DNA of 64,000 bases, taken from NCBI GenBank assembly GCA_964588985.1, contig CAZPQW010000017.1:9772-73771 (forward strand). Reading direction: 5' to 3'. The notes under the pieces were generated by a model. It had not been told where the DNA came from. It saw nothing but the letters and a program-made list of their open reading frames with translations, and did not search any database. This stretch comes from an uncultured Solirubrobacteraceae bacterium (GTDB lineage Bacteria; Actinomycetota; Thermoleophilia; Solirubrobacterales; Solirubrobacteraceae). Positions 38,195 through 48,440 of this stretch are shown in pieces; positions within the stretch are counted from its first letter, which is position 1, and each line of letters starts with the position of its first letter. Both the position numbers and the translations under genes were made by a program.

Positions 38195-39550
38195 TCAGCT
38201 GGTGATCGTTTCGCTAGAGACATACGTCACTACGCTCGACGCTTGGCCCTGGCCCTTCGCGTTTGTCGTGACCGACAGGGTCATCGTGTCCCACTCCAGC
38301 AATGTGACGATGATAGGTCCAGCTGGCGTTGAATTGTCCCAGGCAAGTTCCATATTCACGTAGTCCGTTACCCCCGTTCCGTTTGCGTAGCTACCGGAAC
38401 CCGAAACGTTGCATACCAGGGACGAATCGACATGGGCAATGAACGACGGGCATCCACCCGCCTTGGTTGTGTTCGCTGGCGGAACGAGAGATACGGAGGA
38501 AGCGGAAAGGCCGTTGTGGGCAGTCGTCACGGTCATACACGGCTTGAATTTTACTTCTGATGTTCCTATCACCTGAGGCTCAATCTGAGGTGCGCAGTAC
38601 TTGTGGGTCGATGTCTTAGTCTTGGGGCTTGAGCCTGTGTTCGCGAGGAAGTCCTCGAGATTCTGAATCATCGCAGCGGCCGAGGTGTCGTCACGATATC
38701 CGGGCGATAGCCAGTCTGAGTCCATCAAAAGCGCTAGCGGTCCATGAGAACTGGTTCGTGGCCAGACAGCTCCCGTTACGTGGCCCGAGTACGTCGTGAA
38801 CTGATTCTTGGGGGGAACGCCACCCATCGCTCCGCTACCGGCGAACGTCCATGTGGAAAGCTGATTAGGTGTCTTCGCAACGCCGCCGGCAACGCTTGGG
38901 TTGACTTGGGCCGGACCAGAGCCGAATACGCTGCCGTCATCGACTTGGATGCCGTTTCCGCTCGGCAGAACTCCCTGCACGATGGAGCTATCGCTAGCGT
39001 CAATGCCGCAACAGCCGTGATACTCGCCCGTAAGGAATAGCCCGCCTCCTCCCTGAGCAAAGCTGACAAGACGTGGGATATCTCCGGGAGGCAGCACTTC
39101 AAAGATGCTCGTCGGGGAGCCAAGCTGCCAAATCACCTTGTACTGCGATATGTCAGCCGGCAGCGTCGAGGAATAGTCGACGGCATAGCCATCCGCTTCC
39201 AGGGTCGATTGAAGGAACTGGACTTGGCATCCAGGTCCGGTGGGATCGGGGCAGCCACTTGCGTTATCGCCGAGACCATAGATCAGGGTCTTGGTGCCGC
39301 CCGTTCCCGCCAGTTTGCTCTTCAAAGGCACGCTGGTCCCGCCCGACTGCACTTGAGTGGGCGCAAGGCTCTGGTTTGAGGTGCCGCCCGAAAGGCAGGT
39401 TCGCGATGGCGGCAGGCACCTCACCTGCGACGTCGCAGCGGATGCCGATACCGCGCGGGACACCACGAGAAAAGACGACCCGCACAACAGCACCGACACC
39501 AGCCCAACGGTCAGACCTGCTCGAAGACCCAGAGCCCTGAACACTCTCAA
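38195..39550 (-). CDS. Secreted hypothetical protein
   Basis: Signal peptide; FAQGGGGLFLTGE suggests a GATase-like fold; visibly lower GC. Confidence 0.65.
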   Translation of the reverse strand: MRVFRALGLRAGLTVGLVSVLLCGSSFLVVSRAVSASAATSQVRCLPPSRTCLSGGTSNQSLAPTQVQSGGTSVPLKSKLAGTGGTKTLIYGLGDNASGCPDPTGPGCQVQFLQSTLEADGYAVDYSSTLPADISQYKVIWQLGSPTSIFEVLPPGDIPRLVSFAQGGGGLFLTGEYHGCCGIDASDSSIVQGVLPSGNGIQVDDGSVFGSGPAQVNPSVAGGVAKTPNQLSTWTFAGSGAMGGVPPKNQFTTYSGHVTGAVWPRTSSHGPLALLMDSDWLSPGYRDDTSAAAMIQNLEDFLANTGSSPKTKTSTHKYCAPQIEPQVIGTSEVKFKPCMTVTTAHNGLSASSVSLVPPANTTKAGGCPSFIAHVDSSLVCNVSGSGSYANGTGVTDYVNMELAWDNSTPAGPIIVTLLEWDTMTLSVTTNAKGQGQASSVVTYVSSETITS

Positions 39551-40057
39551 TCAACCCTCCTCAAATTCGTTGACGGCGCGGCCAAGCGCGCTGTAGCGCC
39601 GACCATTACGCAAGGTCATGGTTAAGTCAACCAGCTGGCATTCGCAGACAAGCGGTTGCCATAGATGCCACCTTGGCGGCCCGGTCTGCGGTCGTGATCC
39701 TGTGGGAACCCGGACCGCTGCCTTCAGACCTGAGCGAGCGTCTCGCGGGCGGACCCGTTGCTACCGCGTCGGACGACTTCCGGGCGCGTCGCTTGACGCT
39801 CGGCACACGCCCGCTTGAGCCGGGCGAAGCGGAAGCGCTTGCTTTGCCACATATCCGACCTGGTCCTCGTCCGCTGCGATCGTCTGCGACGTCTCGTGCC
39901 CGCCGTCTTGCCCTCACGACCGCGAAAATGTCGCCGCCACATCGCTTCAGTAACACGAACTTAGCGACTATTCGGATGTGCGTGTGTAGTGTAGTTTCCG
40001 TTTCTGGCCGAGCGCGGGCGCGTTGCTCGCGCCAATCTTGAAGATGGGGGTTTCCCA

Positions 40058-40945
40058 ATGAGACGCTTGGGTGTTGTGAGCACGATGCTCGTGATGGCAT
40101 TCTTGACGATTACGGCGTCGGCGTGGGCGGAAACGTCTACGACTATCTGCGTTCCGGAAGCAGCAAGCAAACCGGTCCTCTCGACCAATACGAAAGGCGA
40201 ATGTCCATCGAAAGGAACCAAACCGGTCAAATACAAGGCCGTCACGGTCCCCGATCCAGCTCTGCTGTCGCATATGAACTACCTCGAAAAAGGCGTCGAC
40301 GGCAAGCCGACGATCCAGTTCTCGGGTGTGAATGTGCAGGTCGTCAATGGCGAAGGCAAGACGGCCTCGACCAATGGCGCGGGTAACATCGTCATCGGCT
40401 ACGACGAGAATGGTGGCTCACACGCACAGACCGGCTCGCACGACCTGATTCTGGGCGAAGAACAAACCTTCGTCGACTACGGGGGACTTGTCGCGGGGTC
40501 CAATAACAGCATCCTCGGGCCGTTTGACTCCGTAACGGGCGGCCGATTGAACGTCGCAGAAGGCGATGAAGTCTCGATCGGTGGCGGCGCACTAAACCAC
40601 GCCAAAGGCAACGAGAGCTCGGTCTCGGGTGGACGACAGAACACCGCTGACAGCCTGTCGTCGTCAGTGAGCGGCGGCTACGGAAACATTGCGAGTGGTC
40701 CGCAGTCTTCTGTCAGCGGCGGCACGGATAACGGTGCCACCGGGCCCGCATCTTCGGTGAGCGGCGGCAACGAAAATGCAGCTAGCGGCAGTGTTGTATC
40801 AATCGCCGGCGGCTCCGAGAACTCGGCCACCGGGGTCGGGGCCTCCGTACAGGGAGGCTTCCGCAACCATGCAGAAGGAGAGCTTTCCTCCATCTTTGGC
40901 GGTGATGGACTGACAGCGACTATCGAATACGAAGCCATCCCGTAG
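40058..40945 (+). CDS. Secreted protein with 14-aa SVSGGxxNxA repeats
   Basis: Signal peptide; about nine tandem repeats in the C-terminal half. Confidence 0.75.
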   Translation: MRRLGVVSTMLVMAFLTITASAWAETSTTICVPEAASKPVLSTNTKGECPSKGTKPVKYKAVTVPDPALLSHMNYLEKGVDGKPTIQFSGVNVQVVNGEGKTASTNGAGNIVIGYDENGGSHAQTGSHDLILGEEQTFVDYGGLVAGSNNSILGPFDSVTGGRLNVAEGDEVSIGGGALNHAKGNESSVSGGRQNTADSLSSSVSGGYGNIASGPQSSVSGGTDNGATGPASSVSGGNENAASGSVVSIAGGSENSATGVGASVQGGFRNHAEGELSSIFGGDGLTATIEYEAIP

Positions 40946-41185
40946 CGGGGTAGCTCCTAATCCCGCGGCGACTCGGCCCTCGCGGCCGGGTCGCCGTCGT
41001 GGTAGCCCCGAATGGTGGGCCTGTGCGTCACAGCACGGGCCGCTGCGCACAGCACGCTGATGCTTTCGTGCGAATGTGAGCGTCTCGACGTACGCCCCCT
41101 GGCGTCGCGAATTGGACGAAAGGTAGGCGTGCAAACAGACCATCACCAGCGCCACGAATCGAAAGCCACTCGCGAAATGCTGTAA

Positions 41186-42553
41186 CTAAGCGACTGCGGC
41201 CATCACGGCAGCCGCCTGGCGCTTCCCATCGCCCGCCCCGACCCTGTCGCTGAGCACGACGGTGCTCCCCTTCGCGGGGCTGATCGTGATGCTCCGCCTG
41301 CGCGTGCGCTCGGCTCTTGCTCCCACCGGGCTGATCTCGCACCGCGTGAGCACGGCGCGCAGCGCGATCTTCATCTCGAGCAGCGCGAAGCTCGCGCCGA
41401 GGCAGCGCCGCCGTCCGCCGCCGAAGGGGATCCAGGTGTAGGTGCCCGGCGTCTTGCCGCCCTCTGACTCGAGGAAGCGCTCGGGGCGGAACGCGCGGGG
41501 TTCAGGGTAGATGGCGGGGTCGTGGTGGACGAGGTGGGCGCTGGCGAGCAGCACGACGCCGCGCGGGTAGAGCACGCCGCCGATCTCGATGGGCTGCTTG
41601 ACGAGCCGCGGCTCGGCGGTGGGGAGCACGGGGCGCAGGCGCATTATCTCGTGGATGGTGGCGGTGAGGTACGCCTCGTCGGACCCGTCGTCGAGCTCCT
41701 CGCGCAGACGCGCCAACACGACGGGCTCGCGGGCGAGGCGCTCGAATGCCCACGCGAGCTGCGAGGCGGTCGTCTCGTGGCCGGCGACGAGCGCGGTCAT
41801 GAGCTCGTCGCGCAGCTCCTGGTCGCTCATCGGCGAGCCGTCCTCGTGGGTGGCCGCGAGCAGCAGCGCGAGCACGTCGTCGCCGTCGTGATCCTCGCGC
41901 CGGCGCTGCTCGATGAGCTCGTAGATGAGCGCGTCGACCTGTTCGCCCAGACGTTCGAAGCCGGCCAGGGGGGTGAAGGGTGCGAGCCACGGCGGCGGTG
42001 GCGGCAGCAGCGAGAGGGGGCTCTCGCTGAACGCGAGGATCCGCGTGAGCAGGTCGCGCAGTGAGTCCAGGCGCGCGCCGCTGTCGAGGCCGAAGACGGT
42101 GCGCAGGATGATCTCGAGCGTGAGCCGCTGCAGTTTGGGGTGCAGCTCGACGGCCTGCCCGCGCGGCCAGGTGGAAAGCTCGCGCTCGGTCAGCTCGGTC
42201 ATGAGGCCGGCCATGCGCTGCATGCGCTCGCCGTGGAACGCGGGCAGCAGCAGCTTGCGCTGCTCGAGGTGGGGCGCCTCGTCGAGCAGGATCACGGAGT
42301 GGCGACCGACGATCGGTTCGAGGATCTTGGCTCCCTCGCCGGGGTGCAGCACCTCGGGCGGCGCCATGAACAGCTCCCTGATCTCGTCGGGGTCGGAGAT
42401 CATGACGACGGGCGGCTGGCCGAGGAGGCGGGTGGTGAAGCGGTGGCCGTAGCGGGCTCGACAGCGGTCGAGGAAGGCCGTGGGACGGCTCCAGGTGCCG
42501 AGCGTCTGCAGCAGCGCGGGCATGCGCGGTCCGGGGGGCAGGTCGTCATGCAC
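41186..42553 (-). CDS. Cytochrome P450
   Basis: AGHETT, EIMR, PERF, FGGGRRRCLG. Confidence 0.95.
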   Translation of the reverse strand: MHDDLPPGPRMPALLQTLGTWSRPTAFLDRCRARYGHRFTTRLLGQPPVVMISDPDEIRELFMAPPEVLHPGEGAKILEPIVGRHSVILLDEAPHLEQRKLLLPAFHGERMQRMAGLMTELTERELSTWPRGQAVELHPKLQRLTLEIILRTVFGLDSGARLDSLRDLLTRILAFSESPLSLLPPPPPWLAPFTPLAGFERLGEQVDALIYELIEQRRREDHDGDDVLALLLAATHEDGSPMSDQELRDELMTALVAGHETTASQLAWAFERLAREPVVLARLREELDDGSDEAYLTATIHEIMRLRPVLPTAEPRLVKQPIEIGGVLYPRGVVLLASAHLVHHDPAIYPEPRAFRPERFLESEGGKTPGTYTWIPFGGGRRRCLGASFALLEMKIALRAVLTRCEISPVGARAERTRRRSITISPAKGSTVVLSDRVGAGDGKRQAAAVMAAVA

Positions 42554-42599
42554 GAGCGTCCTCCATTTCGTCCGCTATCGAGACTACCGTGAACTGCAA

Positions 42600-42851
42600 A
42601 TGATTATTGCCCTGACGTTCTGGAGTCAGCCGCAGGTCGTCACCGACAGCTGGGTGGAACTCGCGAGCACGATCACGCTGGTGGCGTTCGTGGTGGGCGT
42701 GTACAGGCATCTGGAATGCCACAAGAGCGGCTGCCACCGGCTCGGGCGCTTCACCCACGGCCGCTACAAATTGTGTCGCGTCCATCATCCGGACGTCCCG
42801 AATGACGGCAGGATCACGCAGGAGCACATCGACGCGGTCGAGGTGAAGTAG
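42600..42851 (+). CDS. Small membrane protein with Cys/His cluster
   Basis: TM helix followed by ECHKSGCHRLG...LCRVHHP. Confidence 0.6.
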   Translation: MIIALTFWSQPQVVTDSWVELASTITLVAFVVGVYRHLECHKSGCHRLGRFTHGRYKLCRVHHPDVPNDGRITQEHIDAVEVK

Positions 42852-42885
42852 CGCCCGCGGCGCGAGCCCTCGCGACAGCGAGCCG

Positions 42886-43242
42886 CTACCGCTCGACGAG
42901 CGGGCGTATTTCGACCGCGCCGCCGATGCGCGCCGCGGGAATGAGCGAGGCGAGCTCGATGGCGGCGTCGAGGTCCGGCGCGTCGAATGTGAGGTAGCCG
43001 CCGATCGCCTCCTTGGTCTCGGCGAACGGGCCGTCGGTGGTGATCGTCTCCCCGTCCCTGACGCGCACGGTGGTCGCGGACTCCGGCGGCTGCATCCACT
43101 GGCCGGGGGTCACGCCGGGGGCTTCGCTCACGGTCTTGTAGCCAGCGGAGATGGCGCCCTTCTCCTCGGCGGAGAGCGCGTCCCACTCGGGCGAGGGCGG
43201 GGTGGGGGTGGTGCCGTGGTGGATGAGCAGCATGTACTTCAT
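42886..43242 (-). CDS. YciI/DGPF-family protein
   Basis: TDGPFAETKEAIGGY. Confidence 0.9.
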   Translation of the reverse strand: MKYMLLIHHGTTPTPPSPEWDALSAEEKGAISAGYKTVSEAPGVTPGQWMQPPESATTVRVRDGETITTDGPFAETKEAIGGYLTFDAPDLDAAIELASLIPAARIGGAVEIRPLVER

Positions 43243-43325
43243 GGCTTCCTCCTTGGACGGTCGCGTGGATGGTGCTTGTGAGACGAACGGCGCGCGCCTG
43301 AATCGACAGGCCGGTTGGGCTCTCC

Positions 43326-44075
43326 TCAGGCGAGCGAGGCGAGGCCGACGGCGACGTGCACGGGCAGCTCGGCGGGGGTCTCACCGGCCTTGATGAGCGC
43401 GTCGATCCGCGCGAGGGTGTCGGTGCGCTGCTCGGCGGGCATGGCGGCGACCCAGCTCATCGAGGCGAGGTAGTCGACGAAGCGGTCGGGGCGCGCGGGC
43501 TGCTTGGTGGTGACGCGGATCTCGCGCGGCTCGCTCCAGCCGCCGGCGGCGCGCACCGCGTCCTGCCAGGGCGGCCCGTCGAAGTGGGGGTGCTCGGGGC
43601 GCAGCTCGGACATCAGCGTGCCGACCTCGTGCGCCCACGACGCGCCGCCCCAGTCGGGCACGGTGGCGAGCACCGCGAGGCCTCCGCCGGGGCGCAGCAC
43701 GCGTCGGATCTCGGCTAGCGCGGCGGCGTGGTCGAACCAGTGAAAGGCGTCGGCGACGGTGACGGCGGCGACGGACGCGTCGGGCAGCGGGATCGCCTCG
43801 GCGAGCCCCTCGCGCACGCGCTCCTCGCCGACGCTCGCGGCGAGGACCTCGCGCAGCGACGCGTGCGGCTCGACGGCGACGACGTCCAGGCCGGCGTCGA
43901 TCAGCGCGCGGGTGAGCTTCCCGGTGCCGGCGGCGAGGTCGAGCACGGGCGCGCCCGGCGGGACGCGCAGCTCGGCGGCGATGGCGCCGACGACGGCGGG
44001 CGGGTACTCGGGCCGTCCGCGCTCGTAGGAGTCGGCGACCTCGGCGAACCTCTCGGCGAGGGGGTGGAGGGTCAT
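43326..44075 (-). CDS. Class I SAM-dependent methyltransferase
   Basis: YERGRPEYP, VLDLAAGTGKLT, AFHWFD. Confidence 0.9.
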   Translation of the reverse strand: MTLHPLAERFAEVADSYERGRPEYPPAVVGAIAAELRVPPGAPVLDLAAGTGKLTRALIDAGLDVVAVEPHASLREVLAASVGEERVREGLAEAIPLPDASVAAVTVADAFHWFDHAAALAEIRRVLRPGGGLAVLATVPDWGGASWAHEVGTLMSELRPEHPHFDGPPWQDAVRAAGGWSEPREIRVTTKQPARPDRFVDYLASMSWVAAMPAEQRTDTLARIDALIKAGETPAELPVHVAVGLASLA

Positions 44076-44227
44076 GGGGCGCACGGTAGAAGATCGCGCG
44101 GGCTTTAGCGCCGACGGGGAAGCTCGGACATCCGTCGAGAGGGTGAAAGGAATCGTGATTTCTGGGTGCGGTCGTTGTCTTACGGCCAGACGCGCCGAGG
44201 CAGCGCGGGGGCTATTGGGCAAGGACG

Positions 44228-44956
44228 GTGAACCGGATGAATCTGCGAAACAAGCTGGGCGTAGCCGCGACGCTCCTGTCGCTGGGCGGTCTGACGGGCG
44301 TGGCGATGAGCGCGGGCCCGGGACGCAAGCGCGACCAGGGCGGCGTGCAGGTGGCGGACGTGCGCACGGTGATGATCCAGCAGACGGTCCACCGCTACCG
44401 CCACGTGGGCGTGGGCGGCGCCGCGAGAGGAGCTGGTGGCAGCTCGGGCGGGCGCGTGGTCGCGTCGTGGAAGGCGAGCGCGAGCGCTGTTCACACGCGC
44501 GCGAGCGGACACAGCTCCAAAGCGGGCGCGACGGCGAGCGGGACGACGGCGCCGGCGGTGAAGAGCAAATCGAGCGGCGCTCACCACACCACGGCCAAGC
44601 AGGGCAAAGGCGGCACGGGCCACACCGCTCCCGCGACGACGCGCTCGAGCGGCTCGACCCACAAAGGCTCGGGCGGTGGAACGACGACCACCACCACGTC
44701 GAGCAACCCGACGACGAAACCGAGCGGCAGCACGAGCGAAGGCGGCAGCACCGGCACGACCACCACGCCGACGCCTCCGACGACGAAACCGAGCGGCAGC
44801 ACGGGCGGGAGCGGCGGCACGAGCGAAGGCGGCACCGGCACGGGCACGACGCCGACGCCTCCGACGACCAAACCGAGCGGCAGCACCGGCGGCGGCGAAG
44901 AAGGCGGCGGCAAAGGCGGCGGTGAAAAAGAAGGCAAAAAAGGCCATGACGACTGA
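44228..44956 (+). CDS. Exported low-complexity Thr/Ser/Gly-rich protein
   Basis: Hydrophobic N-terminal helix; six [TS][RK]xSG motifs; first gene of apbE operon. Confidence 0.75.
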   Translation: MNRMNLRNKLGVAATLLSLGGLTGVAMSAGPGRKRDQGGVQVADVRTVMIQQTVHRYRHVGVGGAARGAGGSSGGRVVASWKASASAVHTRASGHSSKAGATASGTTAPAVKSKSSGAHHTTAKQGKGGTGHTAPATTRSSGSTHKGSGGGTTTTTTSSNPTTKPSGSTSEGGSTGTTTTPTPPTTKPSGSTGGSGGTSEGGTGTGTTPTPPTTKPSGSTGGGEEGGGKGGGEKEGKKGHDD

Positions 44957-45281
44957 CGCGGCGGCGGGCGCGGCGAAGCGGCGGCGGCGCAAGCCGCGCT
45001 CGTATCCGACGATCGTGGCGTCGCTGGCGGTGTTCGCGGTGGTGCTGGTGCTGCTCGGCGCGCGCGTGGCGGCGGGCCACGACCCGGTGCTCGGGGTCCT
45101 CCACATTCGCGCGCCTCGTCCGGAGATCGTGCGCCGGATCGTGCGGAAGGTGATCGTGGAAACGACCGTCGCTTCACACGCTGGCGGCAAAGGGGGGACG
45201 ACGGTGTCGAGCTCTCCGGTGACGAGCGTGCAGTCCTCGGGCGCGGAACCCGTGCCGGCGCCGGTGACGAGAAGCTCATGA
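44946..45281 (+). CDS. Small membrane-anchored protein ending PAPVTRSS
   Basis: TM helix then disordered tail; overlaps both neighbours. Confidence 0.75.
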   Translation: MTTDAAAGAAKRRRRKPRSYPTIVASLAVFAVVLVLLGARVAAGHDPVLGVLHIRAPRPEIVRRIVRKVIVETTVASHAGGKGGTTVSSSPVTSVQSSGAEPVPAPVTRSS

Positions 45282-46252
45282 GCGAGTACGACCTGACGTT
45301 CCCGTGCATGGGGTGCGAGTTCCGGCTGCTGGTGGGCGATCCGGTCGAGCGGGGTCTCGCGCCGGCGCACGAGGCGGCGGCGCGAGCGCGCGGGTGGCTG
45401 GAAGCGTGCGACGCGCGCCTGTCGCGCTTCCGCGACGACAGCGAGCTGGTGGCCATGAACGACGACCCGGCCCCGGTGGTGTCGGCGCGTCCGCTGCTGA
45501 TCAACGCGGTGGCGGCGGCGCGGTGGGCGGCGCAGTTCACGGGCGGGCTGGTGGACTCGACGCTGATGGGCGCGATCGAGGCGGCGGGCTATCGCGAGTC
45601 GCTGGCGGGCGCGGAGCCGCTGCCGCTGCGCGAGGCGCTCCCGTCGGCCCCCGTGCGGCGCGCGGCGGGGCCGCATCCGGCGGCGGCGTGGCGCGGGATC
45701 CGGGTGGACCGCGAGGCGGGGACGATCGCGCGGCCTGCGGGTGTGAGGATCGACAGCGGCGGGGTGGTGAAGGGCCTGGCGGCGGATCTGGTGGCGCACC
45801 TGTTCGAGGGCTACGAGCGCTTCGCGGTCGACGCGGCGGGCGACCTGGCGATCGGCGGCGTGCGGGCGGCGGGGAACCCATATGAGGTGGAGGTCGAGCA
45901 CCCGCTGACGGGCGAGCACGTGCACGCGGTGCCGGTGTCCTCGGGAGGGATCGCGACGTCGGGCCTGAACTCGCGGATGTGGCGTCGTGCGGATGGGACG
46001 GTCGCGCATCACCTGCTCGACCCGGCGACCGGCGAGCCGGCTTGGACGGGCCTTCTGATGGTGACGGCGCTGGGGAGCAACGCGCTGGAGGCGGAGACGC
46101 TGGCGAAGTGGGCGTTGCTGTCGGGGCCGGACGGCGCGGCGCGGGTGCTGGCGCGTCACGGTGGGCTGACGGTGCGCGATGACGGCGACATGGAGCTGCA
46201 CGGCCCGATGCGCTCGCGCCGGAGCGTGTACCTGTCGAGGGTGGCGGCGTGA
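45278..46252 (+). CDS. apbE: FAD:protein FMN transferase
   Basis: MG, LSRFRDDSEL, IDSGGVVKG, DAAGDL, IATSG, HHLLDPATG. Confidence 0.92.
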   Translation: MSEYDLTFPCMGCEFRLLVGDPVERGLAPAHEAAARARGWLEACDARLSRFRDDSELVAMNDDPAPVVSARPLLINAVAAARWAAQFTGGLVDSTLMGAIEAAGYRESLAGAEPLPLREALPSAPVRRAAGPHPAAAWRGIRVDREAGTIARPAGVRIDSGGVVKGLAADLVAHLFEGYERFAVDAAGDLAIGGVRAAGNPYEVEVEHPLTGEHVHAVPVSSGGIATSGLNSRMWRRADGTVAHHLLDPATGEPAWTGLLMVTALGSNALEAETLAKWALLSGPDGAARVLARHGGLTVRDDGDMELHGPMRSRRSVYLSRVAA

Positions 46253-46824
46253 AGCGCCAGCCGCTCGAATACGTGTGGTGGCTGGTGAGCCGCGCGTCGG
46301 GCACGGTGGCGCTGCTGCTGGTGACGGTGTCGGTGCTGATGGGGCTGCTGATGGCGTCGGGCCTGCTGAAGCGGCCGGGCCTGAAGCGGAGCCTCGTGGC
46401 GGTGCACGAGCACGTGGCGCTGGTGGCGCTGGTGTCGATCGCGGTGCACGGCATCGCGCTGCTGGGCGACCGCTCGATCAACCCGGGACCGCTGGGCGTG
46501 CTGCTGCCGTTCGACATGGCCTACCGGCCGGTGTACACGGGGCTGGGGATCATCAGCGGCTACCTGATCGCGGCGCTGGCGCTGTCGTTCTACGCGCGCA
46601 AACGGATCGGCGGGGGACGCTGGCGGCGCCTGCACCGCTGGACGGTGCTCGCGTACGTGCTCGGCGTGGCCCACTCGATCGGCGCGGGCAGCGACGCGAG
46701 CCTGCAGGCGGTGCGGCTCGCGGTGGTGGCGAGCACGCTCCCGGCCGCGGGCCTGTTCCTGGTGAGGAACCGCCCGCGCGAGTCGGCCGGCGCTAAGCGA
46801 CCGGCCCCGCGGCCGGCTGGTTGA
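46249..46824 (+). CDS. Ferric-reductase/MsrQ-like heme membrane protein
   Basis: WWLVSRASG, conserved His residues (VHEH, AVH, WRRLH, VAH). Confidence 0.85.
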   Translation: MKRQPLEYVWWLVSRASGTVALLLVTVSVLMGLLMASGLLKRPGLKRSLVAVHEHVALVALVSIAVHGIALLGDRSINPGPLGVLLPFDMAYRPVYTGLGIISGYLIAALALSFYARKRIGGGRWRRLHRWTVLAYVLGVAHSIGAGSDASLQAVRLAVVASTLPAAGLFLVRNRPRESAGAKRPAPRPAG

Positions 46825-47959
46825 CGTCCTCCATGGTGGTGTGCAGGTGTCCCTGCGCGCTGACGAGCAGTTTGAGGTCGTGCGGCCGCGTGGCGGTGCG
46901 CAGGGCGTCCTCCATCGAGACGTCCCCGGCCTTGAGGGCGGCGTAGAGCGCCTGGTCGAAGGTCTGCATGCCGTAGTAGCCGCCGTCCTCGATGACGTCG
47001 GTGAGCTTGGCCGTCTTGGAGGAGTCGACGATCATGTCGTGGACGCGGCCGGTCATGGTCATGATCTCGGTGATGGCGACGCGGCCGTTGCCGTCGGCGC
47101 GCGGCACGAGGCGCTGGGAGATGATGCCCTTGAGGGTGCCGGCGAGCATGGCGCGGGCCTGGGTGTGCTGGTCGGGAGGGAAGAAGTCGAGGATGCGGTT
47201 GATCGTCTCGGGCGCGTCGAGCGTGTGCACGGTGGAGAGGACGAGGTGACCGGTCTCGGCGGCGGCGAGCGCGGTGCGGATGGTGGTCTCGTCGCGCATC
47301 TCGCCGATGAGGATCACGTCGGGGTCCTGGCGCAGAACGCGGCGTAGGGCGGAGGCGAAGGAGTCGGTGTCGCTGCCGACCTCGCGCTGGTCGATGGCTG
47401 ACTTCCTGTCGGTGTGGAGGTACTCAATGGGGTCCTCGACGGTGACGATGTGCTTGAACGCGGTTTCGTTGATGTGCTCGATCATGGCGGCGAGCGTGGT
47501 CGACTTGCCGCAGCCGGTGGTGCCGGTGACGAGAACGATCCCGCGCTGCTCGCCGGCGAGCTTGCGAACGACGTCGGGCATGCCGAGCTCGGCGAGCGAG
47601 CGGATGGCGTAGGGGACGACGCGGAAGACGATCGACACGCAGCCCCGCTGCATGTACGCGTTGACGCGAAAGCGCGCGAGGTTCGGGACGGAGTAGGCGA
47701 AGTCGAGCTCGTGCTGCTTCTCGAACTCGCTGACGAGCGAGTCGGGCAGGATCGAGTGGAGCACCTCCATGGTGTCGGCGGGCGCGAGCTCCTCAGCGGT
47801 GGAGTCGAGCCAGTGCAGCTCGCCGTCGATGCGGATCAGCGGCCGGTTGCCGACCTTGATGCAGAGGTCCGATCCACCGGCGTTTACGAGCCGAACGAGC
47901 GCGTCGGAGATGTCGAGGGTCGGCGCAGCACGGCGGTCGGGGGCCACATCGAGGGGCAT
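46793..47959 (-). CDS. pilT: PilT/PilU-family ATPase
   Basis: GTTGCGKST, EDPIE, LRQDPDVILIGEMRD, ETGHLVLSTVH, GMQTFD. Confidence 0.9.
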   Translation of the reverse strand: MPLDVAPDRRAAPTLDISDALVRLVNAGGSDLCIKVGNRPLIRIDGELHWLDSTAEELAPADTMEVLHSILPDSLVSEFEKQHELDFAYSVPNLARFRVNAYMQRGCVSIVFRVVPYAIRSLAELGMPDVVRKLAGEQRGIVLVTGTTGCGKSTTLAAMIEHINETAFKHIVTVEDPIEYLHTDRKSAIDQREVGSDTDSFASALRRVLRQDPDVILIGEMRDETTIRTALAAAETGHLVLSTVHTLDAPETINRILDFFPPDQHTQARAMLAGTLKGIISQRLVPRADGNGRVAITEIMTMTGRVHDMIVDSSKTAKLTDVIEDGGYYGMQTFDQALYAALKAGDVSMEDALRTATRPHDLKLLVSAQGHLHTTMEDVNQPAAGPVA

Positions 47960-48051
47960 GCGTGTAGATCGACAGGGCGGCGGCCGTGCTGGATGGTGGA
48001 AACCCGCAGATTCGCACGGTTGAACCAGCCGCGCGCGGTGATGGGTCGGGG

Positions 48052-48318
48052 CTATGCGGCGGGCGGCACCGTCCAGCGCTGTCCACCGACCTCGAGCTCG
48101 CGCACCTTGAGCGAGCCGATCTCGACCTCTCCGGCGCGGAGTTTGCGGATGACGGCGTCGGCGATCGCGAGCCGGCCGATGGCGAGCGCGCCGATCGCGG
48201 ACACGGCTATCGCGAGCGGGCCGATGGCGGTGGGGCCGAAGGCGCGGGGGCCGGTCGCGTGCGCTCCAGTGGGCTTGCCGCAGTGCTTGCGTCGCGTGAT
48301 CGCCTTGGTGCGTTTCAT
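48052..48318 (-). CDS. Small protein with GALAIG-type repeats
   Basis: AIGPLAIAVSAIGALAIGRLAI; AGGAG RBS. Confidence 0.6.
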   Translation of the reverse strand: MKRTKAITRRKHCGKPTGAHATGPRAFGPTAIGPLAIAVSAIGALAIGRLAIADAVIRKLRAGEVEIGSLKVRELEVGGQRWTVPPAA

Positions 48319-48440
48319 GGGGTGGTCTCCTGTGTCGAGTTGCGCAAGGTTGTGGCGCTGTTGCTGAGTATGCTCGCCTGCATGGCGCCTGCACATCGGT
48401 ACCGACGTGGGCGAGGAGCTCCGAGGGCGGGGTCCGGGCG

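Noticed and set aside
39600-40050. ORFs in the divergent intergenic region
   Set aside because: Arg/Pro-rich translations with no motif or RBS; not supportable
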